NCBI RefSeq assembly: GCF_009914755.1
Contig: NC_060940.1
Reading direction: 5' to 3' (one strand)
From: the human T2T-CHM13v2.0 reference genome, Homo sapiens
DNA: 64,000 nt
Under the pieces are notes generated by a model that worked only from the letters and a program-made list of their open reading frames with translations, had not been told where the DNA came from and searched no databases. Within the stretch, counting starts at the first letter, position 1. Each line of letters opens with the position of its first letter. Below, one piece after another: positions 15,201 through 28,300 of the stretch. Made by a program: the position numbers and the translations under genes.

Positions 15201-18200
15201 TCCAGTCGATGATGATTCCGTTGGAGTCCATACGATGATTCCATTTGATTTCATTTGATGATGATTCCATTCGATGATGATTACATTGGATTCCATTCTA
15301 TGATTCCATTCAATTCCATTCGTTGATGATTCGATTCCATTCAATGATGATTCCATTTGAGTTCATTCGATGATTCTATTCGATTCCGTTCGATGGTGAT
15401 TCAATTCTATTATATTGGATGATTCCACTCGATTCCATTTGATGATTATTCCATTGGAGTCCACTTAGTGAATCCTTTAGATTCTACTCGACGATGATTC
15501 CATTCGAGTCCATTCGATGATACCATTCAATTCCATTCGTTGATGCTTCCATTCAAGTGCATTCGATGATATCATTCGATTCCATTTGATGATAATTCCA
15601 TTTGATTCCATGCGATGATTCTATTCGATTCCATTCAATGATAATTCCATTCAATTCAGTGATTCCTCTGGACTCCATTTGATGATGATTCCATTCAATG
15701 ATTCCATTCGATTCTATTCGAAAATGATTCCATTTGAATCCATTTGATGATGATTCCATTAGATTCCATTTGATGATTCCATTCGATTCCATTCAACGAT
15801 GATTCCATTCGATTCCGTTTGATGATTCCATTCTATTCTATTCGATGATGATTCCATTCGATTCCATTCGATGATGATTGGATTCGATTCCATTGGATGA
15901 TTTCATTTGATTCCATTCGTTAATGATTTCGATCAATTCCATTCGATGATTCCATTTGATTCCATTCGATAATGATTACATCCGAGTCCATTCGATGATT
16001 CCCTTTGAGCCTGTTCGATAATTCCATTTGAGTCCAACCAATGATTCCATTCATTTCCATTCAATGATTCCATTCGAGTTCATTTGATCATTCCGGTAGG
16101 GTCCATTCGATGTTGATTCCATTGGAGTGCATTCGATGATTCCATTCGAGTCCATTTTAGGATTTGATTCGAGTCCTTTCGATGATTCCATTCGATTCCA
16201 CTCGATGATGATTTCATTCGAGTCCATTCGACACTTCCAATCGATTCCATTTGATGATTCCATTCGAGTCCAATTGATGATTCCATTCAATTCCTTTCGA
16301 TGATGATTCCGTACGATTCCATTCTGTGATGATTCCATGTGATTGCATTCAATGATGATTCCTTTCGATTGCATTCGATTATGATTCATTTCGTGTTCAT
16401 TCTATGGTTCCACAGGTTTCCATTCGTGTCCATTCCATTATTCCATTCTATTCCATTTGATGATGATTCCATTCGATTCCATTCATTGGTGATTCCACTC
16501 AATTCCATTCAATGATTCCATTCCATTTCTTTCAACAATGATTCCATTAGTTTCTAATCGATGATCCACTTGATTCCATTTGACGACGATTCCATTCTTG
16601 TCCATTCGATGATTCCATTTGATTCCATATGATGATGATTCCATTCGATTCCATACCATGATGATTCCATTCGAGTCCATTCAATGGTGATTCCATTCAA
16701 TTCCATTCGATGATTCCTTTTGATTCCATTCAATGATGATGGCATTCGATTCCTTTCAATCATTCCCTTTGATTCCATTCAAAGGTGATTTCATTCAAGT
16801 CCATTCGATAATTGCATTCGATTCCATTCTATGATGATTCCATTCGAGTCCATTTGATGATTCCATTCAATTCAAGTCAATGATGATTCCATTCGATTCC
16901 ATTCGATGATTCCATTGGATTCCATTCGATGATGATTCCATTCAAATCCATTCGATAATTCAATTCAAGTCCATTCGATGATGATTCCAATCGAATCCAT
17001 TCAAAGATTCCATTCAGTTCCATTCGATGATTCCCTTAGATTCCATTCGATGATTCCACTTGATTGCATTTACGATGATTCCATTCGATTCCATGTGATG
17101 ATTCCATTCAATTCTATTCAATGATGTCTCCATTTGATTCCATTCGACCATGATTGCCTTTGATTCCATTCAATGATTCCATTCGGTTCCGTTTGATGAT
17201 GATTCCGTTCGATTCCATTTGATGATTCCATTTGATTCCATTGGATGAGTCCATTCGATTACATTCGATGATTATTCCATTCGAGTGCATTAGATGATTC
17301 CATTCGAGTCCATTCGATGATTCCATTCGATTCCATTCGATGTTGATTCTGTTCAAATCCATTCGATGATTCCACTCGATTCCATTCGTTGACTCCATTT
17401 GATCCCATTCGATGATTTCCTTTGATTCCCTTTGATGATCATTCCATTTGATTCAATTCGGTGATTTCATTTGATTCCATTCAGTGATGTTTCCATTCGA
17501 CTCCATTCGATGATGATTCCATTCGACTCCATTCGATTATGATTTCATTCAATTCCATTCGATAATGATTCCCTTCGAGTCCATTCGATGATTCCATTCG
17601 ATTCCATTCAACGATGATTTGATTCGTGTCCATTCGATGATTCCATTTGATTCCACTTGATGATGATTCCATTCGAGTCCATTTGATGATTCCATTCAAT
17701 TCCATACTCCGATGATTTCTTTTGAGCCCACTCAATGCTTCCACTCGATTCCATATGATGATGACTCCATTCGATGAAATTCGATGATGATTCCATTCGC
17801 TTGCTTTCGATGATGATTCCACTTGAGTCCGTTAGAAGATTCTATTCAATTACATTCCAGGACGATTCCGTTCGAGTCCATTTGATGATTCCATTAGACT
17901 CCATTCGACGATGATTCCATTCGATGTTATTCGATGATTCCATTCGATCTCATTCGATGATGATTCCATTCAACTCCATTCGATGTTTCCATTCGAGTTC
18001 ATTCTATTATTCCATTAGATTCCATTCGATGATGATTCCATTCGATTCCATTTGATGATTGCATTCTATTTCATTTGATGATGATTCCATTCGAGTCCAC
18101 TCGATGATTCCATTCGAGTCCATTTAATGAATCCATTGGTTTCAATTCTATGATGATTACATTGGATTCCATTCGTTGATGATTTCATTCGGTTCCATTC

Positions 18201-18342
18201 AATGATGATTCCATTCAATTCCTTTCAATGTTTCCATTCAATTCCATACGATGATGATTCCATTTGATTTGATTCGACAGTGAGCCATTCGATTCAATTC
18301 CATGATGATTCTATTTGATTCAATTGGTTGACATTTCCATTC
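12231..18342 (+). repeat. Higher-order unit 3 (6112 bp, modal length)
   Basis: Marker at 12281, next at 18393. ORF track repeats with a 6112 offset (12359 to 18471). Confidence 0.9.
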
Positions 18343-21300
18343 GATTCCATTCGATGATGATTCCCTTTGATTCCGTTCCAAGATGATTCCATTCTAGCCC
18401 ATTCAATCATTCCATTCGATTCTATTCAATGATGATTCCATTCATGTCGATTTGGTGATTCCATTTGACTTCATTTGATGATGATTCCTTTCAAGTTCAT
18501 TAGATGATTCCATTCGATTCCATTTGATGATGATCCCATTCGAGTCCATTCAGTGATTCCATTCGTTTCCATTCCATGATGATTCCATTCCTTTCCATTC
18601 AATGATTCCATTCGATTCCGTTTGATGATGATTTCATTCGAGTCCATTTGATGATTCCATTTGATTCCATTCGATGATGATTCCATTCGAGTCCATTCGA
18701 TGATTCTATTCGAATCCATTTGATGATTTCTTTTGATTATATTTGGTGATGATTCCATTGGAGTCCATTCAATGATTCCATTCTATTCCAATCGATGATG
18801 ATTCCATTAGAGTCCATTTAATGATTCCATTTGATTCCAGTCTCTGATGATTACATTCGAGTCCATACGATGATTCCACTCAATTCCATATGATGATGAT
18901 TCCATTTGATTCCATTCGGTGATTCCATTCTATTCTATTCAATGGTGATTCCATTCGAGTACATTAGATGATTCCATTCGATTCCATTCAATGATGATTC
19001 TATTTGTGTCCCTTAGATGATTCCACATGATTCCATTAGATGATGATACTATTTGAGCCCATCCAATGATTCCCTTCGATTCCATTCGATGAGGATTCCA
19101 TTCGATTCAATTCATTGGTGATTCTATTCAATTCAATTCTTTGATTCCATTCCATTCCATTCGACAATGATTCCATTCGATTACTTTCGATGATTACACT
19201 CGATTCCACTTGACATTGATTCCATTCGATTCCATTCAATGATTCCATTTGATTCCAGTGGATGATGATTGCCATCGATTCCATTCGATCACTCCATTCT
19301 ATTCCATTTGATGATGATTACATTCGATTCCATTTGATGATTCCATCTGATTCTATTCGAGGATTCCATTTGATTCCATTCGATGATGATTCCATTCGAG
19401 TGCATTCGATGATTTCATTCGAGTACATCCAATGATTCCATTCGAGTCCATTAGATGATTCCATTTGATTCCATTTGAAAATGATTCTACTAGAGTCCAT
19501 TCAATGACTCCATTCGAGTCCATTCAACAATTCCATTCGACTCCATTCGATGATTCCATTCGATTCCATTTGATGGTACCATTCGAGTCCATTTAATCAT
19601 TACAGTCGAGTCCATTTGGTGATTCCACTGGATTTCTTTTGATAATGATACCGTTCAATTACATTTGATGATGATCCCATTCAACTTCATTTGATGATGA
19701 TTCCATTAGAGTCCATTCGATGATTTCATTCGAGTCCCTTCATTGATTCCATCCGATTTCATTGGATGATGACTCCATTCGAGTCCATTCGATGATTCCA
19801 CTCGATTCCATTAGATGACTCCATTGGAGTCCATTTGATTGTTCCATTCGATTCCATTCGATTCCTTTCGAAGATTATTCCATTTGAGTCCATTCGATGA
19901 TGATTCCATTCCATTCCATTCGATGATTCCGTTTGATTCCATTCGATGATTCCCTTCGATTCCTTTCTTTGATGATTCCATTCCATTCCATTCAATGATT
20001 CCATTCGAATCTATTCCATGATGATTCCTTTCGATTCCATTCGCTGATGTTTCCGTTCAATTCCATTCGATGATGATTCCATTCGATTCCATTCATTGAG
20101 GATTCCATTTGATTCCATTCAATGATGATTCCATTCTATTCCATTCAATGATTGCATTCAATTCCATTCAATGATTATCCCATTAGAGTAAACTCAACGA
20201 TTCCATTCAATACCATTCGATGATGATTCCTTTTGAGTCCATTCAATGATTTCATTCAAGTCCATTTGATGATTCCTTTCAATTCCATTCTATGATGATT
20301 CCATTCGAGTCCATTCGATGATTCCATTCGATTGCATTCGATGATTCCATTATATTCCATTCAACGGTGATTCCATTCGAGTCCATTCCATGATTCTATT
20401 AGAGTACATTTAATGATTGCTTTGTTTTCAATTCGAAGATGATTACATTGGATTCCATTCTATGATACCATTCGATTCCATTCAATGATGATTCCACTCA
20501 AATCCATTGGATGATTCCATTCGTGTCCATTCGGTGATTTCATTAGATTCCATTCGAGGATGATTCCATTCGATTCCATTCGATGATTCCATTCAATTCC
20601 ATTCGATGATGATTCCATTCCAGTCCATATGATCATTCCATTTGATTTCATTCGATGATGATTCCATTCGATTCCTTTCGACGATTCCATTCTATTCCAT
20701 TCGATGATGATTCCATTCGAGTCCATTCGATGATTCCATTCGAGTCCATTTAATGATTCCATTGGGTTCAATTCAATTATGATTACATTGGATTCCGTTC
20801 TATGATTCCATTCAATTCCGTTCATTGACAATTTGATTCCATTCGATGATGATTCCATTTGAGTTCATTCGATGATTCTATTCGATTCTCTTCGATGGTG
20901 ATTCAATTCTATTATATTGGATGATTCCACTCGATTCCATTTGATGATTATTCCATTGGAGTCCACTTAGTGAATCCTTTAGATTCTACTCGACGATGAT
21001 TCCATTCGAGTCCATTCGATGATACCATTCAATTCCATTCGTTGATGCTTCCATTCAAGTGCATTCGATGATATCATTCGATTCCATTTGATGATAATTC
21101 CATTTGATTCCATGCGATGATTCTATTCGATTCCATTCAATGATAATTCCATTCAATTCAGTGATTCCTCTGGACTCCATTTGATGATGATTCCATTCAA
21201 TGATTCCATTCGATTCTATTCGAAAATGATTCCATTTGAACCCATTTGATGATGATTCCATTAGATTCCATTTGATGATTCCATTCGATTCCATTCGACG

Positions 21301-24300
21301 ATGATTCCATTCGATTCCGTTTGATGATTCCATTCTATTCTATTCGACGATGATTCCATTCGATTCCATTTGATGTTGATTCAATTCGATTCTATTCGAT
21401 GATGATTCCATTGGATTTCACTTGATGATTCTATTCGATTCCATTCAATGATGATTCACTTCTCGTCCATTGGATGATTCCATTTCATTCCATTCGATGA
21501 TGATTCCATTCGATTCCATTCGATGATTCCATTTGATTCCATGCGACGGTGAGCAATTCGATTCAATTCCATGATGATTCTATTTGATTCAATTAGATGA
21601 TGTTTCCATTCGAATCCATTCCATGATTATTCCATTGGAATCCATTCGGCGATGATTCCATATGAGTCAATTCAATGATGATTCCATATGGGTCCGTTCG
21701 ATGATAATTCCATTTGATTTCATTCGATGCTTCTATTCTATTCCAGTCGATGATGATTCCGTTGGAGTCCATACGATGATTCCATTTGATTTCATTTAAT
21801 GATGATTCCATTCGATGATGATTACATTGGATTCCATTCTATGATTCCATTCAATTCCATTCGTTGATGATTCGATTCCATTCAATGATGATTCCATTTG
21901 AGTTCATTCGATGATTCTATTCGATTCCGTTCGATGGTGATTCAATTCTATTATATTGGATGATTCCACTCGATTCCATTTGATGATTATTCCATTGGAG
22001 TCCACTTAGTGAATCCTTTAGATTCTACTCGACGATTATTCCATTCGAGTCCATTCGATGATACCATTCAATTCCATTCGTTGATGCTTCCATTCAAGTG
22101 CATTTGATGATATCATTCGATTCCATTTGATGATAATTCCATTTGATTTCATTCGATGCTTCTATTCTATTCCAGTCGATGATGATTCCGTTGGAGTCCA
22201 TACGATGATTCCATTTGATTTCATTTGATGATGATTCCATTCGATGATGATTACATTGGATTCCATTCTATGATTCCATTCAATTCCATTCGTTGATGAT
22301 TCGATTCCATTCAATGATGATTCCATTTGAGTTCATTCGATGATTCTATTCGATTCCGTTCGATGGTGATTCAATTCTATTATATTGGATGATTCCAGTC
22401 GATTCCATTTGATGATTATTCCATTGGAGTCCACTTAGTGAATCCTTTAGATTCTACTCGACGATGATTCCATTCGAGTCCATTCGATGATACCATTCAA
22501 TTCCATTCGTTGATGCTTCCATTCAAGTGCATTCGATGATATCATTCGATTCCATTTGATGATAATTCCATTTGATTCCATGCGATGATTCTATTCGATT
22601 CCATTCAATGATAATTCCATTCAATTCAGTGATTCCTCTGGACTCCATTTGATGATGATTCCATTCAATGATTCCATTCGATTCTATTCGAAAATGATTC
22701 CATTTGAATCCATTTGATGATGATTCCATTAGATTCCATTTGATGATTCCATTCGATTCCATTCGACGATGATTCCATTCGATTCCGTTTGATGATTCCA
22801 TTCTATTCTATTCGATGATGATTCCATTCGATTCCATTCGATGATGATTGGATTCGATTTCATTTGATGATTTCATTTGATTCCATTCGTTAATGATTTC
22901 GATCAATTCCATTCGATGATTCCATTCGATTCCATTCGATAATGATTACATCCGAGTCCATTCGATGATTCCCTTTGAGCCTGTTCGATAATTCCATTTG
23001 AGTCCAACCAATGATTCCATTCATTTCCATTCAATGATTCCATTCGAGTCCATTTGATCATTCCGGTAGGGTCCATTCGATGTTGATTCCATTGGAGTGC
23101 ATTCGATGATTCCATTCGAGTCCATTTTAGGATTTGATTCGAGTCCTTTCGATGATTCCATTCGATTCCACTCGATGATGATTTCATTCGAGTCCATTCG
23201 ACACTTCCAATCGATTCCATTTGATGATTCCATTCGAGTCCAATTGATGATTCCATTCAATTCCATTCGATGATGATTCCGTACGATTCCATTCTGTGAT
23301 GATTCCATGTGATTGCATTCAATGATGATTCCTTTCGATTGCATTCGATTATGATTCATTTCGTGTTCATTCTATGGTTCCACAGGTTTCCATTCGTGTC
23401 CATTCCATTATTCCATTCTATTCCATTTGATGATGATTCCATTCGATTCCATTCATTGGTGATTCCACTCAATTCCATTCAATGATTCCATTCCATTTCT
23501 TTCAACAATGATTCCATTAGTTTCTAATCGATGATCCACTTGATTCCATTTGACGACGATTCCATTCTTGTCCATTCGATGATTCCATTTGATTCCATAT
23601 GATGATGATTCCATTCGATTCCATACCATGATGATTCCATTCGAGTCCATTCAATGGTGATTCCATTCAATTCCATTCGATGATTCCTTTCGATTCCATT
23701 CGATGATGATGGCATTCGATTCCTTTCAATCATTCCCTTTGATTCCATTCCGAGGTGATTTCATTCAAGTCCATTCGATAATTGCATTCGATTCCATTCT
23801 ATGATGATTCCATTCGAGTCCATTTGATGATTCCATTCAATTCAAGTCAATGATGATTCCATTCGATTCCATTCGATGATTCCATTGGATTCCATTCGAT
23901 GATGATTCCATTCAAATCCATTCGATAATTCAATTCAAGTCCATTCGATGATGATTCCAATCGAATCCATTCAAAGATTCCATTCAGTTCCATTCGATGA
24001 TTCCCTTAGATTCCATTCGATGATTCCACTTGATTGCATTTACGATGATTCCATTCGATTCCATGTGATGATTCCATTCAATTCTATTCAATGATGTCTC
24101 CATTTGATTCCATTCGACCATGATTGCCTTTGATTCCATTCAATGATTCCATTCGGTTCCGTTTGATGATGATTCCGTTCGATTCCATTTGATGATTCCA
24201 TTTGATTCCATTGGATGAGTCCATTCGATTACATTCGATGATTATTCCATTCGAGTGCATTAGATGATTCCATTCGAGTCCATTCGATGATTCCATTCGA

Positions 24301-25312
24301 TTCCATTCGATGTTGATTCTGTTCAAATCCATTCGATGATTCCACTCGATTCCATTCGTTGACTCCATTTGATCCCATTCGATGATTTCCTTTGATTCCC
24401 TTTGATGATCATTCCATTTGATTCAATTCGGTGATTTCATTTGATTCCATTCAGTGATGTTTCCATTCGACTCCATTCGATGATGATTCCATTCGACTCC
24501 ATTCGATTATGATTTCATTCAATTCCATTCGATAATGATTCCCTTCGAGTCCATTCGATGATTCCATTCGATTCCATTCAACGATGATTTGATTCGTGTC
24601 CATTCGATGATTCCATTTGATTCCACTTGATGATGATTCCATTCGAGTCCATTTGATGATTCCATTCAATTCCATACTCCGATGATTTCTTTTGAGCCCA
24701 CTCAATGCTTCCACTCGATTCCATATGATGATGACTCCATTCAATGAAATTCGATGATGATTCCATTCGCTTGCTTTCGATGATGATTCCACTTGAGTCC
24801 GTTAGAAGATTCTATTCAATTACATTCCATGACGATTCCGTTCGAGTCCATTTGATGATTCCATTAGACTCCATTCGACGATGATTCCATTCGATGTTAT
24901 TCGATGATTCCATTCGATCTCATTCGATGATGATTCCATTCAACTCCATTCGATGTTTCCATTCGAGTTCATTCTATTATTCCATTAGATTCCATTCGAT
25001 GATGATTCCATTCGATTCCATTTAATGATTGCATTCTATTTCATTTGATGATGATTCCATTCGAGTCCACTCGATGATTCCATTCGAGTCCATTTAATGA
25101 ATCCATTGGTTTCAATTCTATGATGATTACATTGGATTCCATTCGTTGATGATTTCATTCGGTTCCTTTCAATGATGATTCCATTCAATTCCTTTCAATG
25201 TTTCCATTCAATTCCATACGATGATGATTCCATTTGATTTGATTCGACAGTGAGCCATTCGATTCAATTCCATGATGATTCTATTTGATTCAATTGGTTG
25301 ACATTTCCATTC
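18343..25312 (+). repeat. Higher-order unit 4 (6970 bp; structural variant, +858 bp)
   Basis: Marker at 18393, next at 25363. The normally single-copy motif GTCCACTTAGTGAATCC occurs three times (20961, 22000, 22429). Confidence 0.9.
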
Positions 25313-28300
25313 GATTCCATTCGATGATGATTCCCTTTGATTCCGTTCAAAGATGATTCCATTCTAGCCCATTCAATCATTCCATTCGATTCTATTCAAT
25401 GATGATTCCATTCATGTCGATTTGGTGATTCCATTTGACTTCATTTGATGATGATTCCTTTCAAGTTCATTAGATGATTCCATTCGATTCCATTTGATGA
25501 TGATCCCATTCGAGTCTATTCAGTGATACCATTCGTTTCCATTCCATGATGATTCCATTCCATTCCATTCAATGATTCCATTCGATTCCGTTTGATGATG
25601 ATTTCATTCGAGTCCATTTGATGATTCCATTTGATTCCATTCGATGATGATTCCATTCGAGTCCATTCGATGATTCTATTCGAATCCATTTGATGATTTC
25701 TTTTGATTATAGTTGGTGATGATTCCATTGGAGTCCATTCAATGATTCCATTCTATTCCAATCGATGATGATTCCATTAGAGTCCATTTAATGATTCCAT
25801 TTGATTCCAGTCTCTGATGATTACATTCGAGTCCATACGATGATTCCACTCAATTCCATATGATGATGATTCCATTTGATTCCATTCGGTGATTCCATTC
25901 TATTCTATTCAATGGTGATTCCATTCGAGTACATTAGATGATTCCATTCGATTCCATTCAATGATGATTCTATTTGTGTCCCTTAGATGATTCCACATGA
26001 TTCCATTAGATGATGATACTATTTGAGCCCATCCAATGATTCCCTTCGATTCCATTCGATGAGGATTCAATTCGATTCAATTCATTGGTGATTCTATTCA
26101 ATTCAATTCTTTGATTCCATTCCATTCCATTCGACAATGATTCCATTCGATTTCTTTCAATGATTCCACTCGATTCCACTTGACATTGATTCCATTCGAT
26201 TCCATTCAATGATTCCATTTGATTCCAGTGGATGATGATTGCCATCGATTCCATTCGATCACTCCATTCTATTCCATTTGATGATGATTACATTCGATTC
26301 CATTTGATGATTCCATCTGATTCTATTCGAGGATTCCATTTGATTCCATTCGATGATGATTCCATTCGAGTCCATTCGATGATTTCATTCGAGTACATCC
26401 AATGATTCCATTCGAGTCCATTAGATGATTCCATTTGATTCCATTTGAAAATGATTCTACTAGAGTCCATTCAATGACTCCATTCGAGTCCATTCAACAA
26501 TTCCATTCGACTCCATTCGATGATTCCATTCGATTCCATTTGATGGTTCCATTCGAGTCCATTTAATCATTACAGTCGAGTCCATTTGGTGATTCCACTG
26601 GATTTCTTTTGATAATGATACCATTCAATTACATTTGATGATGATCCCATTCAATTTCATTTGATGATGATTCCATTAGAGTCCATTCGATGATTTCATT
26701 CGAGTCCCTTCATTGATTCCATCCGATTTCATTGGATGATGACTCCATTCGAGTCCATTCGATGATTCCACTCGATTCCATTAGATGACTCCATTGGAGT
26801 CCATTTGATTGTTCCATTCGATTCCATTCGATTCCTTTCGAAGATTATTCCATTTGAGTCCATTCGATGATGATTCCATTCCATTCCATTCGATGATTCC
26901 GTTTGATTCCATTCGATGATTCCCTTCGATTCCTTTCTTTGATGATTCCATTCCATTCCATTCAATGATTCCATTCGAATCTATTCCATGATGATTCCTT
27001 TCGATTCCATTCGCTGATGTTTCCGTTCAATTCCATTCGATGATGATTCCATTCGATTCCATTCATTGAGGATTCCATTTGATTCCATTCAATGATGATT
27101 CCATTCTATTCCATTCAATGATTGCATTCAATTCCATTCAATGATTATCCCATTAGAGTAAACTCAACGATTCCATTCAATACCATTCGATGATGATTCC
27201 TTTTGAGTCCATTCAATGATTTCATTCAAGTCCATTTGATGATTCCTTTCAATTCCATTCTATGATGATTCCATTCGAGTCCATTCGATGATTCCATTCG
27301 ATTGCATTCGATGATTCCATTATATTCCATTCAACGGTGATTCCATTCGAGTCCATTCCATGATTCCATTAGAGTACATTTAATGATTGCCTTGTTTTCA
27401 ATTCGAAGATGATTACATTGGATTCCATTCTATGATACCATTCGATTCCATTCAATGATGATTCCACTCAAATCCATTGGATGATTCCATTCATGTCCAT
27501 TCGGTGATTTCATTAGATTCCATTCGAGGATGATTCCATTCGATTCCATTCGATGATTCCATTCAATTCCATTCGATGATGATTCCATTCCAGTCCATAT
27601 GATCATTCCATTTGATTTCATTCGATGATGATTCCATTCGATTCCATTCGACGATTCCATTCTATTCCATTCGATGATGATTCCATTCGAGTCCATTCGA
27701 TCATTCCATTCGAGTCCATTTAATGATTCCATTGGGTTCAATTCAATGATGATTACATTGGATTCCGTTCTATGATTCCATTCAATTCCATTCATTGACA
27801 ATTTGATTCCATTCGATGATGATTCCATTTGAGTTCATTCGATGATTCTATTCGATTCTCTTCGATGGTGATTCAATTCTATTATATTGGATGATTCCAT
27901 TCGATTCCATTTGATGTTGATTCAATTCGATTCTATTCGATGATGATTCCATTGGATTTCACTTGATGATTCTATTCGATTCCATTCAATGATGATTCAC
28001 TTCTCGTCCATTGGATGATTCCATTTCATTCCATTCGATGATGATTCCATTCGATTCCATTCGATGATTCCATTTGATTCCATGCGACGGTGAGCAATTC
28101 GATTCAATTCCATGATGATTCTATTTGATTCAATTAGATGATGTTTCCATTCGAATCCATTCCATGATTATTCCATTGGAATCCATTCGGCGATGATTCC
28201 ATATGAGTCAATTCAATGATGATTCCATATGGGTCCGTTCGATGATAATTCCATTTGATTTCATTCGATGCTTCTATTCTATTCCAGTCGATGATGATTC

